Of a stretch of 64,000 bases of DNA, positions 19,576 to 28,904 are shown piece after piece. The DNA is from an uncultured Victivallales bacterium. Its GTDB lineage: Bacteria > Verrucomicrobiota > Kiritimatiellia > UBA8416. The translations under genes and the position numbers were made by a program. The stretch covers positions 105,695 to 169,694 of the forward strand of contig CAZCDU010000002.1 in NCBI GenBank assembly GCA_964497125.1, in the 5' to 3' direction. The stretch's first letter is position 1, and every line of letters starts with the position of its first letter. Under the pieces are notes generated by a model. The model saw only the letters and a program-made list of their open reading frames with translations, searched no databases and was not told the DNA's origin.

Positions 19576-19974
19576 TTAACGCTTGGAGAACTGGAAACGC
19601 TTGCGTGCGCCGGGCTGACCGGGTTTCTTCCGCTCTTTCATACGAGCGTCACGGGTCAGACAACCGCTGTTCTTCAACACCTCGCGCAGCGAGCTGTCGG
19701 CAACGGTTAGAGCACGAGCCAGGGCGTGACGCAGGGCGCCGGCCTGTCCAGCAATACCCCCGCCCTTGAGTGTGGCGGCGATATCGTACTTCTCTTGGGT
19801 GTTCGTTAGTTGCAGGGGCTGCACGATATACTGCAGCAGCGCTTCGCTGGGGAAGTATTCCTTAAGATCCCGCTTGTTTACCTTGCAGGCGCCTGACCCT
19901 TCGACCAATCGAACGCGGGCCACCGCCGTCTTCCGTCTTCCCGTAGCGCTAAACTCTTGAGCTTTGTCTGCCAC
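19576..19974 (-). CDS. rpsI: 30S ribosomal protein S9
   Basis: TGRRKTAVARV, GGGIAGQAGALRH, LTRDARMKERKKPG..ARKRFQFSKR. Confidence 0.98.
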   Translation of the reverse strand: MADKAQEFSATGRRKTAVARVRLVEGSGACKVNKRDLKEYFPSEALLQYIVQPLQLTNTQEKYDIAATLKGGGIAGQAGALRHALARALTVADSSLREVLKNSGCLTRDARMKERKKPGQPGARKRFQFSKR

Positions 19975-20010
19975 TGCCAGCTCCCTTAAACTATCCGTTT
20001 ATCGGATTAC

Positions 20011-20442
20011 TTATAGTGTGATTGTACTGGGGTTCTGCGCCTCATGCGGGTGCGTCTCGCCAGCGTATACTTTAAGTCGACGGAACATCTGCCTGCTTAG
20101 GTTATTCTTGGGCAGCATACCTTTCACAGCCGACTTAATAATTCGATCGGGATGCCGTTCACGCACCACCGAAGCTTTGACCTCTCTGTGCCCACCACGA
20201 TAACCCGTGTAGCGCGCATAGGTCTTCTTTTCGTCTTTGTTGCCGGTCAACTTAACTTTCTCGGCGTTGACAACAACAACAAAATCACCCGTATCTACGT
20301 GGTTTGAGAAGATGGGCTTCTCTTTGCCACGCAACACGTTTGCAATTTTCACACCCAACCGACCAACGGGCAATCCAGCCGCGTCAATCACATACCAGTT
20401 CCGGTCGGTTCCGGGATCTTTCGGCACAAATGTCTTCATCAC
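20011..20442 (-). CDS. rplM: 50S ribosomal protein L13
   Basis: WYVIDA, LRGKEKP, DTGDFVVVVNAEK, AVKGMLPKN, LKVYAGETHPHEAQ. Confidence 0.98.
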   Translation of the reverse strand: MMKTFVPKDPGTDRNWYVIDAAGLPVGRLGVKIANVLRGKEKPIFSNHVDTGDFVVVVNAEKVKLTGNKDEKKTYARYTGYRGGHREVKASVVRERHPDRIIKSAVKGMLPKNNLSRQMFRRLKVYAGETHPHEAQNPSTITL

Positions 20443-20472
20443 TTCTTTCCTTCGATAAAATCAGAACGGCGG

Positions 20473-20501
20473 ACACTACCCCAAGGCCATCAGGGTGTCA
20501 A
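20473..20501 (-). promoter_or_regulatory. Sigma70 promoter of rplM-rpsI
   Basis: Minus strand TTGACA-N17-TAGTGT. Confidence 0.8.
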
Positions 20502-20526
20502 CCCCCTTTTATGGCACTTTTTCGTG

Positions 20527-23007
20527 TTATTCGTTGGCCCCGTTCAAATCCCGACGCGCCTCGTTAATGAGACTGTCGATAATGCTCTCATGGATCTCCA
20601 TGTCGTCAACGTACTCTGAAGAGCTCGGTGAGGGCGGCGGCAGCGGGGCTGGTTCACGCCTTGGCGCGACCGGTTCGGACCGGATATCGGAGTGAGCTTC
20701 ACTCACCAACTCACCGACAACACCATCATCCAGCGGCATTGAATCGGTGTATCCACTGCCTTCTGCCATCGTGCTCCCCGACCACCCTGACTTCCACATG
20801 CCCCCGATATTCAAGGAATCCCGGCGGCGGCGTGTCTCCTCGGCCACCTCTTCAGGTGTATCCAGAACGTACGGCGTAATAAACACAATCGTCTCGGTTC
20901 GTCCTTTACTCCGGCTGTCTGAATTGAAGAGGCGACCCAGTAACGGAATATCCCCCAGGAGCGGAATCTTCGACCGGGAACGATTGTTCGTATCACGCAC
21001 CTGGCCACCCAACACAATGGTCTGCCCGCTCTGCACCGCAATAGAGGCCTCAATCGTTCGATCCTTGGAGATGACCTGTCCTGCCAGGTTGTCCGTCGTG
21101 CCGCTCTGATCGCCGGGCTGACTGATCTTCTGCGTAATCTCCATCATCACGACTTTGTTGTCATTGATGTGAGGCTTCACCGTCAACTCCAGGCCGATGT
21201 CCTCCTGACGGTAGCGGGCCGAGTTGTTGCCGGTGCTTCCACTCGTACTGTTGTAGTACGTTGTGCCCTCGAAAACGTATATCTTCTCGGTTGAGGCCAG
21301 TTTGGCCTCTGTATTGTCCGTTGTCAGCAGGGCCGGCGTCGAAACCACCTTCGTCCGGCTATCGCCTGCGCTCGCCTGGATGACGGCATTGATATTCAGG
21401 TCGAACATCGTGAAGAAGTACCCCAGGCCGGATGTTGCCAGGTCAGATGACGTGAGCCCTACCGCATCACGGGGGGCGCCGAGAGAACCGGTTTCACCGC
21501 CGCCTCCACCCGCAAAAGAGACAATGGGTGAACGCCGACCGGCTGCGTCCTTTCCGTAGGTCGTCAGTGATTTCTGAATCCAGCTAACCCCCGTATTCAG
21601 GGAGTCGCTGAGATCGACGTCGATGATGACGGCTTCTATCAGCACCTGCGAGAGCATCATGTCCATGTCATCGACGATCTCCAGTAGCGTTGTCAGGTCG
21701 CCTTTGCTTGCCATGATAATCAGTGCGTTCGTGCGCTCATCCGAGAGGATCTTAATATTGTCCTTTGATAGCTCACCTACACTCGATTTCTTGTCCGCAG
21801 CCGGCTGTGTGCTCTTAATACTGTCTACATAGTCGCGTAGAGCCTTCACATCGGAGTCACCGCCATCGGTGCTCTTGGGGGCAGCCGCAGGGGCATCGTC
21901 CTTGTCGGTAGCGCCGATCAGGTCATTCAGCATACCGGCGATTTCCTTCGCCTCGGCGAACTCCAGGCGCACCACCTTGACCATGACATCCGGGGATGTC
22001 TCGATATCAAGCACATCCACGATCATCTTGAAGAAGGTCATGTTTTCGGGACGTGTGATGATGATCAGTTTGTTTGTGCGTTCATCCGCCACGATCTTGA
22101 CGGTCCCGCGAATGATGCCGCGTTCGGCTTCTTCGATCAGGGCGGCCACCGGGGGGGCTGATTTCGATGGCGTAGGGGCTTTGCTGCGGGCACGAATGAC
22201 GCCGGGAACATTTCGGACGACACCTGGCGCACCGGAGCTCTTGGCTGCCGGCACGGTGGACTTCTGCTGTTCCTTCTGGGATTCAGCGATGATCTCTTCC
22301 AGTTTCTGTTTAATCTCTGACGCCTTCGCGTACCGGATCTGGATAATGCTGGGTTCTTCGCGAGCCTCAATCGGTTGGTCAATGAACCGCAGCACCTGGA
22401 GCATACGATTGATGTTGGCCGGAATATCGGTAACCAGGATTGAATTCGTGCGCTCAAACGCATTGATCGTGCCGTATTCGTGCCGCAACACATCCACGGC
22501 CTTGGTCGCTTCTGCGATATCAATGTGCTTAAGCACAATCATCTGGCTGATTAGTTCACCCGAGTCCTCGGGCAACACCCCCTCAGCCAACGACTCGCGG
22601 ATCGCCATCGGCTCACGACGCACATCCTTGATCGGCACCACGCGGATAAACTTGTCCCCAGACGCGACCAAGCCGATCCCATGCATACTCAGGACCGTTT
22701 CCACGGCACTGAGGTACTCATCAATGGCAAGATCGCCCTGGCTTCTCAGCGTAAAGGTCGGCGTCGGCAGCCCGGGAGCCCGTAACAGGGTCTTTCCGGT
22801 CTTCTCGCTGTAATCCTGTAATACAATATCAAGTGGTGTGCTACTGAACTTGAGGCGCAATCCCTCTTCAACAGCTCCACCACCGGTCGTAGCAGGCCGT
22901 GCCGGTATGCCCGGAATGCCCGGAACGCCCTGGGCCCACACCGAAGAGACAGCCACACACACAACCGCCTGAACCGCCAGAAGTCCCAAATAGCGTCTAA
23001 TCACCAT
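20527..23007 (-). CDS. gspD: Type II secretion system secretin
   Basis: Signal peptide; repeated secretin-N domains (ERTNSILVT, DERTNKLII, DERTNALII); QVLIEAVI; C-terminal KIPLLGDIPLLGRLF...ETIVFITP; alternative start at 23019. Confidence 0.93.
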   Translation of the reverse strand: MVIRRYLGLLAVQAVVCVAVSSVWAQGVPGIPGIPARPATTGGGAVEEGLRLKFSSTPLDIVLQDYSEKTGKTLLRAPGLPTPTFTLRSQGDLAIDEYLSAVETVLSMHGIGLVASGDKFIRVVPIKDVRREPMAIRESLAEGVLPEDSGELISQMIVLKHIDIAEATKAVDVLRHEYGTINAFERTNSILVTDIPANINRMLQVLRFIDQPIEAREEPSIIQIRYAKASEIKQKLEEIIAESQKEQQKSTVPAAKSSGAPGVVRNVPGVIRARSKAPTPSKSAPPVAALIEEAERGIIRGTVKIVADERTNKLIIITRPENMTFFKMIVDVLDIETSPDVMVKVVRLEFAEAKEIAGMLNDLIGATDKDDAPAAAPKSTDGGDSDVKALRDYVDSIKSTQPAADKKSSVGELSKDNIKILSDERTNALIIMASKGDLTTLLEIVDDMDMMLSQVLIEAVIIDVDLSDSLNTGVSWIQKSLTTYGKDAAGRRSPIVSFAGGGGGETGSLGAPRDAVGLTSSDLATSGLGYFFTMFDLNINAVIQASAGDSRTKVVSTPALLTTDNTEAKLASTEKIYVFEGTTYYNSTSGSTGNNSARYRQEDIGLELTVKPHINDNKVVMMEITQKISQPGDQSGTTDNLAGQVISKDRTIEASIAVQSGQTIVLGGQVRDTNNRSRSKIPLLGDIPLLGRLFNSDSRSKGRTETIVFITPYVLDTPEEVAEETRRRRDSLNIGGMWKSGWSGSTMAEGSGYTDSMPLDDGVVGELVSEAHSDIRSEPVAPRREPAPLPPPSPSSSEYVDDMEIHESIIDSLINEARRDLNGANE

Positions 23008-23169
23008 CACTAACTCCAACCATTCCCAAAACCATCAGCAAAGCAACAAGGCATCCCAACTACCCCAACAAACACCCACCGCATCCCCTCAAACAGACCG
23101 TCAGCGATAAGCAGGCCCCAGACAGCCAAAGACACCTATTCCCGTAGCCTCTCTTCCTTCAAACCTCAA

Positions 23170-23263
23170 GCGGAGGAATAGGGCATCCCTGGCTGGCCTA
23201 GCAGGTCGAGCGGCTTTGCCGCGAGAGCTGCTCCAGACAGCCAGGGATGCCCTATTCCGGAGC
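23170..23263. repeat. Nested-hairpin element overlapping the gspM stop codon
   Basis: GCGGAG-GAATAGGGCATCCCTGGCTG-GCCTAG...CTCCAG-A-CAGCCAGGGATGCCCTATTC-CGGAGC; perfect 20-bp arms; inner GCGGC-TTT-GCCGC hairpin. Confidence 0.9.
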
Positions 23264-23782
23264 ATCCCGCATATAAGCACAATAAAGCGAGAACCGCCCC
23301 GTTCGAACCACCTTATCCTTTGGCTTTACGCGCAAATATCGAATGTCAAGCATAGCACCTTCGCTTTGCAGATCAAATAGGAAATGAACCAGCGAATCGA
23401 GCGAACCCTCCCAATCCCGGCACTCGATAGGCAGCTCGTAAATGGGTCCTTCCTGTAGCTCTCCACTGACTTCATGACGCAGGATCTTGAGACCATGCTT
23501 GGTCGCTTTGCGCTCCATTTCCGTTGACCAATGGACATCCATACGTTTCCCCTGGGGAAAACGTGGCATCATGCCCTGGAGCTCACCCATTTTCGCATCC
23601 CATTTCTCACGTTGCCCGACCAACAGCTGACTGCGGGCTATAGAGCTGCGAACCTGCTCCTGCTGCTCCCGCACAGTTTTGAGATCCTCAATCTTCGAGC
23701 GTGCCAACAGTCCTGTCACGCCAAACAGAGCCACAGAAACTGTGGCCAGCGCCAATACGGATTCCCGTGTTGTTATCTTCAT
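23252..23782 (-). CDS. gspM: T2SS inner-membrane platform protein, GspM/PilO-like
   Basis: N-terminal TM helix, coiled coil, ferredoxin-like C-terminus (GSLDSLVHFLFDL); position between gspL and gspD. Confidence 0.7.
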   Translation of the reverse strand: MKITTRESVLALATVSVALFGVTGLLARSKIEDLKTVREQQEQVRSSIARSQLLVGQREKWDAKMGELQGMMPRFPQGKRMDVHWSTEMERKATKHGLKILRHEVSGELQEGPIYELPIECRDWEGSLDSLVHFLFDLQSEGAMLDIRYLRVKPKDKVVRTGRFSLYCAYMRDAPE

Positions 23783-25131
23783 GGCGTCGCCTCCGGGAAG
23801 CTGATATCAAAACCGAAACGATGCCTGCCTTTACGCGTGAGCGTTCGAGTCCCCGGCTTCACGTCCGCGAATAGTTTCGATTGGTTCAGCTTTTCGTTAA
23901 ACTCATTCACGAGTGGCCCGCTATCCGCTTCGCCATCCAGATCCAGTCCCTCTCCCTTCCGGTAGGTGAAGGACGTCAGGTCCAAACCTTGAGGTTGCAG
24001 AGCGCTGATCTCCCGCAGACATTCCAGGGCGGAGTGGGTACGATCGGTATAGCGCTCAATCATATCTACCTGGAGCCGCAGCCGGCGCACTTCGTTCGCC
24101 GGCTCCATCCAGCGGACCTCATCTTCTTCCAGCTTCACCAGGCGTGCCTCTTCGACTGCGAGCCAACCCAGTCCACCACCGACGAATAGAGCCCAGACCC
24201 CAAGCACGCATAGGGCCGTGACCACCATCTGACGCCGTGTCCGTTTCGAGGTAGCGGCGAGCCGCCATGGCGCCGGGGTCAGATCCAGCAGACCATCCCC
24301 TGACAGTTCCCGCAGGGCGACACCACGTTCCGTCGAAGGCAGAATCCCCAGCGACCGCTCGCCCACACTGCTCTTGCAGGCTATCTGTAGTGACGTCGCA
24401 AACGAAGCCAGCGGCTCATCCGACCAAAGCGTGATCGCCTGGCCCTCTTCGTGGCGACCGTTCTCGATCTCAAAGCCCAACAGCAGGTGTGCGACCTCCC
24501 GGGCAATATCGTTAGCCGTTGCCACGTCCTCAAGATCCGGAGTCCGGCCGAGACAACTCAACCCAACGGGAATTCCACCTTCGTGCGTCAGCACCTCGAG
24601 CGTGCCATCGCTGACAATCACCAGGGTTTCTCTGCCAGAAGTCGCCAATTGGCCGGTTTCAACAATGCTGTTCCAGCGTCCCAGGAGGGCCACGTCCACG
24701 CGTCCGATTTTCACCCCCTGCGCCTTCAGCACATCAGCGGCTTCGTCGATAGCCGCCTCCTTGGCGGCCGCCACCAGCACGGTACATGATTGATCATCCC
24801 GGGAGAGCACCTCGTGTGACACGACCATCTGATCAATAGGGAATGGAGAGTACTTGTCGACCTGGAGCTCCACCATATCGGAAAGCTCGTCATCATCGAC
24901 GGCGGGAAACTCGAGAACACGCAACAGAAGCTGGTTTGTGGGCAAAGCAAGAACGGCGGGAGACTTGATATCGACGAGCTGGTTCATCTCGACCGAAGGC
25001 TCTTCGTCCTCTTCAGGTCGCTCCACGCGTCCCTCTGAGACACAGTCGGGCGCGCCCTTGGCCTGCCGCAGCGTTGCCCACGCCACCGCCTCAGACGTCA
25101 CCAGAATCCCAGTTGCCAAATCCTTCGCCAT
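23779..25131 (-). CDS. gspL: T2SS GspL-like protein (PilM-like cytoplasmic part plus PilN-like periplasmic part)
   Basis: LLRVLEFP..DDDELSDMVELQVDKYSPF, VLVAA, single TM helix, C-terminal PilN-like domain; operon position. Confidence 0.75.
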   Translation of the reverse strand: MAKDLATGILVTSEAVAWATLRQAKGAPDCVSEGRVERPEEDEEPSVEMNQLVDIKSPAVLALPTNQLLLRVLEFPAVDDDELSDMVELQVDKYSPFPIDQMVVSHEVLSRDDQSCTVLVAAAKEAAIDEAADVLKAQGVKIGRVDVALLGRWNSIVETGQLATSGRETLVIVSDGTLEVLTHEGGIPVGLSCLGRTPDLEDVATANDIAREVAHLLLGFEIENGRHEEGQAITLWSDEPLASFATSLQIACKSSVGERSLGILPSTERGVALRELSGDGLLDLTPAPWRLAATSKRTRRQMVVTALCVLGVWALFVGGGLGWLAVEEARLVKLEEDEVRWMEPANEVRRLRLQVDMIERYTDRTHSALECLREISALQPQGLDLTSFTYRKGEGLDLDGEADSGPLVNEFNEKLNQSKLFADVKPGTRTLTRKGRHRFGFDISFPEATP

Positions 25132-25164
25132 CAATCGTCCTTATGCAGCCCCAGTATCAACAGA

Positions 25165-25188
25165 CTGAATTCTAACGAATCCAGCTAC
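25165..25188 (-). repeat. GTAG-tagged REP, family 1
   Basis: Minus strand GTAG-CTGGATTC-GTTA-GAATTCAG. Confidence 0.9.
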
Positions 25189-25204
25189 CTATTCATCCCT
25201 GCCC

Positions 25205-25408
25205 CCAAAACCACCAGCGGAGGCATCGACACGCCATCTACCCTCTCTCACAAACCGCCAGCGGAGGGCTGGGGTGGCCCTGGCTACCCAAGCCAGCACA
25301 GCCCGCGCATTCTCCCCAAAAACACCGCCAGCGGAGGCGTTGGGTGTCCCTCGCAGGCCTAGTGGCTTCCCAGCCACTCCAGCCAAGAGGGACACCCAAC
25401 GCCGGAGC
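25205..25408. repeat. Nested-hairpin element (25331-25408) plus two decayed upstream units
   Basis: GCGGAG-GCGTTGGGTGTCCCTC...GCCTAG-TGGCTTCCCAGCCA-CTCCAG...GAGGGACACCCAACGC-CGGAGC; CCAGCGGAGG recurs three times; lies 2 nt after the gspK stop. Confidence 0.88.
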
Positions 25409-25410
25409 GC

Positions 25411-26595
25411 CTAGTCATCTTCCCGCCACCTCACGATGGTCAATTTCTTGCTTTCGTAGCGCACAATACACCACAACGTCCGCGGGACACCATTAATTTC
25501 GCCCGTCGAGGTAATACGATAGATCTGGGACGATGTGGATACCAAATCCTTCACGCGGCCATCCAACTCCGGAATCCGGGACGTAAAATCCCCTACATCC
25601 TTGAATGACTCATCGTGAGACACCCCGGATTCATCGGTCCACCCGCGCCGCTCCTCCTCGATCAATTCAACGATATTCTCATCCACACCGGGCAGGGCCA
25701 TGAGCACACGGCGAGATGCGGCATTCACGTTCACTTTGCCGTCACCATAGGTTGTCAGCATATCTCCCATGCCCGAACAACGAAGTGTATCGTCCTCAAA
25801 CATCCCTTCGTGCAAAACCCCGCCATCCAACATCTCGCGTGTAAATCCCTTGATCAGCAGCAATTCACCAACTGTATCCAACGGCCCGTTGCGAGCCATG
25901 TACGGCTCATCGAGACTTCCGTAGTAGTCGGTTTCCGCACCGTCAGCGCGAGGCGCATCATCCTCATCGGTCCAGTCATAGAAGGCCTCTATCAACTCAG
26001 ACCACATCTCCACCGGAATACCGGCGACTTCAAAAATGCCTTCCCAGATAAGATCGCTTGTCTCGCCCTGCTTGGCCGTGAGTGTATTAACATTCAGGCG
26101 TGCCGGCTCCGGCGTGATCTTAACGGTGATCGTCCCCTCCCCCAGATCTTCCTCCGCAAGGTCATGCTCAATCACGACTTCGACGCCATCGGCAAGACTC
26201 TGGGCATGCGCGTGCCATTTATCGGTCGCCGCCTTGGCTTCGTCCAGCTCCCCGCCGGCCGTCAGCCCTTCCGACTTGCTCATCAGGAGTTCCGCGATGG
26301 CCAGGCCTGAACGCGCAAGGTAGTCCGCCTTGGTACGGTTGCGGTAGTACGACGTCAGGCGCGCTTCAATGTGGGCTTCAAAAGCAAAGGAAGCCACAAG
26401 CATCCCCAGCAACCCAATCACCCATAGCGACACAATCAGAGCTGATCCCCCAGATGCGTTTCGCTTGCGTGTCTGAATTCTCACGAATCCAGCCACAGTG
26501 CTATCTGTGTAGCTGGATCCGTTAGGATTCAGATCTCTATCCGCCCAGCTCCCGCAACCGAACCACGAACGTCGAAATCTGGCCCCTATTTCCAT
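25411..26595 (-). CDS. gspK: T2SS minor pseudopilin K
   Basis: GG|SALIVSLWVI leader, ARLNVN, DWTDEDD, YMARNGPLDTVGELLLIKG, GKVNVNAAS..VL.ALPG; start uncertain (ATG 26595 or GTG inside the REP). Confidence 0.9.
   Translation of the reverse strand: MEIGARFRRSWFGCGSWADRDLNPNGSSYTDSTVAGFVRIQTRKRNASGGSALIVSLWVIGLLGMLVASFAFEAHIEARLTSYYRNRTKADYLARSGLAIAELLMSKSEGLTAGGELDEAKAATDKWHAHAQSLADGVEVVIEHDLAEEDLGEGTITVKITPEPARLNVNTLTAKQGETSDLIWEGIFEVAGIPVEMWSELIEAFYDWTDEDDAPRADGAETDYYGSLDEPYMARNGPLDTVGELLLIKGFTREMLDGGVLHEGMFEDDTLRCSGMGDMLTTYGDGKVNVNAASRRVLMALPGVDENIVELIEEERRGWTDESGVSHDESFKDVGDFTSRIPELDGRVKDLVSTSSQIYRITSTGEINGVPRTLWCIVRYESKKLTIVRWREDD
26473..26532. repeat. Inverted doublet of family-1 REPs inside the gspK 5' region
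   Basis: GTGG-CTGGATTCGTGAGAATTCAG (26473-26496, minus) and GTAG-CTGGATCCGTTAGGATTCAG (26509-26532, plus), 12-bp spacer. Confidence 0.9.
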
Positions 26596-27278
26596 GCCAG
26601 CTCCCCGACACGAAGGCCTATCACCCGTTTCATTTCAACCGGATCATCCCCTTCAACAATAGGCTCCACATAAAGCGAGACCTCAACGATGGTTGGAATT
26701 TTGTTGGTTTCCTCCCATTCATCCAGCCAGTCAATCTCGCCGTCTTCATCCAGCTGCCACGCCGTCCGGCAATTGAACCCGACGACGCGTTTGGAAAGAA
26801 ACATGGGATCGAGTTCATCCGGATCAAAATCTTCCGGCTGTCCCTGCAGCCGCCAGGCAACCACGGCGGCCGCGGAATCGCCATCTTCGTCATCTTCCAG
26901 GAGGAAGCGAACCCGGTGCGGCGTCTCGGCAAACGAGCTATCGCGGCCCACGAGAGCGCCACCCAACTTCACCCAGCAGATCTCATCCTCTGCATTCTCG
27001 CCCTCGCCGTTGTCCTCATGCCAGAAACCATACTCGGGAGCACCTGCCCCTTTCGTCCCATCAGGATAGTACGCCGACCGCAATCCCATCACCAACTGCT
27101 GAATCACATAATCGCCATGGTGCAGGTTATCAGCCAGGGTTGTTCCCCGCTGCCAGGCCGAGGTAGCCGCCGAAAACGTCATGAACGTCACCGTGGAGAC
27201 GAGCGACAGAATCGTGACGGCAAACAGAATCTCCAACAGCGTGAAGCCGATGGCCCCTGTTCTTCCCCCCCTCTTCAT
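26586..27278 (-). CDS. gspJ: T2SS minor pseudopilin J
   Basis: Prepilin site G|FTLLEILFAV; operon order. Confidence 0.8.
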   Translation of the reverse strand: MKRGGRTGAIGFTLLEILFAVTILSLVSTVTFMTFSAATSAWQRGTTLADNLHHGDYVIQQLVMGLRSAYYPDGTKGAGAPEYGFWHEDNGEGENAEDEICWVKLGGALVGRDSSFAETPHRVRFLLEDDEDGDSAAAVVAWRLQGQPEDFDPDELDPMFLSKRVVGFNCRTAWQLDEDGEIDWLDEWEETNKIPTIVEVSLYVEPIVEGDDPVEMKRVIGLRVGELAWK

Positions 27279-27313
27279 CTGAAACCCGAACCCCGACACC
27301 TGAACCCCGCTTC
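27279..27313. repeat. Heptamer tandem repeat between gspI and gspJ
   Basis: CTGAAAC CCGAACC CCGACAC CTGAACC CCGCTTC. Confidence 0.6.
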
Positions 27314-27314
27314 C

Positions 27315-27719
27315 TTACTCCCGGTACAACCAGTACCGCATCACTTCCTCGCTGTTCTCCTTGCCGCGATCCGCCCAGGCGACCCGCGTCTTGATAACCA
27401 GCAGACGAACTTCACTGTCCTCATCCGACTCATAGGGATCGTCAACCGTTCGCTCATACGAGAAGCCACCAAAATCTTCTGCACTGACCTCGAAATCGTC
27501 CGGATCCATGTCGTCGTCTTTCTCGGTCCGAATCATCGGGAATTCGGCATGGCCGGCACTCAGCGCCCAAAGCGCGTCGTGATAACCGGTCGAGACCTTC
27601 AATACACGCAGACAGCGGGAGATTGCCGTCAGCATTACCACCATCCCCAGGCTGAGGATCGTAACCGCCAACAACACCTCAATCAGCGTCAAGCCGCGCT
27701 TTCTGATGGCTCTGCTCAC
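27315..27719 (-). CDS. gspI: T2SS minor pseudopilin I
   Basis: RG|LTLIEVLLAV prepilin site; 134 aa; operon order. Confidence 0.8.
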   Translation of the reverse strand: MSRAIRKRGLTLIEVLLAVTILSLGMVVMLTAISRCLRVLKVSTGYHDALWALSAGHAEFPMIRTEKDDDMDPDDFEVSAEDFGGFSYERTVDDPYESDEDSEVRLLVIKTRVAWADRGKENSEEVMRYWLYRE

Positions 27720-28351
27720 TCGCCGTCTCCCACGGTCATGGCCGATGCCAACGCATCAACCTTAATCAAAACGCCCACGTCTTCATCATCCACCAGTCGC
27801 ACCTTGTAAGGCATACAGCGCCCGTTCGACTGGTAAACAACCGCGCAGGATTCCCCCGTACTCCGGTCTCCCCCCTCGACCTCCACGTAGGCAATCTTCA
27901 CCCGGTCCAAGGCTCGCTCCAGTGTATCGTCGACGCCCACGGCGGCGGGGGCATCACGCTCATCCGCTTTGGTGGTGAGCGTATCCATCAGGAGAGACGG
28001 CTGCTCGTCCGCATCGTCCCCCTCCTCCAGCTCCTCATCGCCTTCGGGTTTGGACGGTTTAATGTGACGAACCGAGAGCGTCCCGGCCTCGAGATCAAAT
28101 GTGATCGTCATCGGGCGCTGGTGCAGCACGGCCATGCTACGTGCATAGCGACCAGCCGCAATAACGGTTCGTGCCGCCGTGCGCCGACGATTGCCCTTCA
28201 TGGACTTCACGAACGATGGCACGGCGATCGCCGTCACCACCCCAATAATCACCAGCACCAGCAGTAGTTCAATCAGGGTGAAACCAGCGCGAGCACGACA
28301 GGCGCCAGGGGATGATGGCATCCCCCCCGGGACATAAGACCTATGAGGCAT
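27716..28351 (-). CDS. gspH: T2SS minor pseudopilin H
   Basis: AG|FTLIELLLVLVIIG prepilin site; RYARSMAV; operon order. Confidence 0.8.
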   Translation of the reverse strand: MPHRSYVPGGMPSSPGACRARAGFTLIELLLVLVIIGVVTAIAVPSFVKSMKGNRRRTAARTVIAAGRYARSMAVLHQRPMTITFDLEAGTLSVRHIKPSKPEGDEELEEGDDADEQPSLLMDTLTTKADERDAPAAVGVDDTLERALDRVKIAYVEVEGGDRSTGESCAVVYQSNGRCMPYKVRLVDDEDVGVLIKVDALASAMTVGDGE

Positions 28352-28362
28352 ATGAGTCCTGT

Positions 28363-28779
28363 TCAGAAGCTCGTAATATCGTCGCCTGAGCCCTGCTGCA
28401 GATCGGGACCCGCCGATGAAATCTTATAGCCGCTCTCGCTGGAGGCCTTGTAGGAAAAAGCCGTGCCCCAGGCATCGACCAGGGACTCCTTGCCCCCACG
28501 AAGGTATGGGCCACTCCAATTCGGCTCTCCCGAGCTCGTCAGAAGATTGTCCAATGATGAAGGATACCGGCCCGTATCGAGCTGATAGATATCCACCTGT
28601 GTCGCAATGGCTGCGATACTGGCACGCGTCGCTTTGATGCGAGCCTTCTCACCATGCTGGCCAAAATTACCAACGACTACCGCCGCCAGAATCCCAAGGA
28701 TCGCCACCACCAGCAACACTTCGATCAACGTAAAACCCGCTGCCCCATGCGCCCCACGCTCACTCCGTCTTTCACTCAT
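28363..28779 (-). CDS. gspG: T2SS major pseudopilin G
   Basis: AG|FTLIEVLLVV; YQLDTGRYPSSL..L; NWSGPYL; DAWG; SAGPD...GSGDDI. Confidence 0.93.
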   Translation of the reverse strand: MSERRSERGAHGAAGFTLIEVLLVVAILGILAAVVVGNFGQHGEKARIKATRASIAAIATQVDIYQLDTGRYPSSLDNLLTSSGEPNWSGPYLRGGKESLVDAWGTAFSYKASSESGYKISSAGPDLQQGSGDDITSF

Positions 28780-28871
28780 ATTGACCTCCCTGCTATTTCA
28801 GGCTCCGTTCCACACTCCACTCACCATCAAAAACAATATCCTGCCCCACCAGAGACCCAGCGTCCCTAAGA

Positions 28872-28895
28872 CTGAATTCTAACGAATCCAGCTAC
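28872..28895 (-). repeat. GTAG-tagged REP, family 1
   Basis: Minus strand GTAG-CTGGATTC-GTTA-GAATTCAG, identical to the 25165 copy. Confidence 0.9.
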
Positions 28896-28904
28896 CCCAT
28901 TGTC

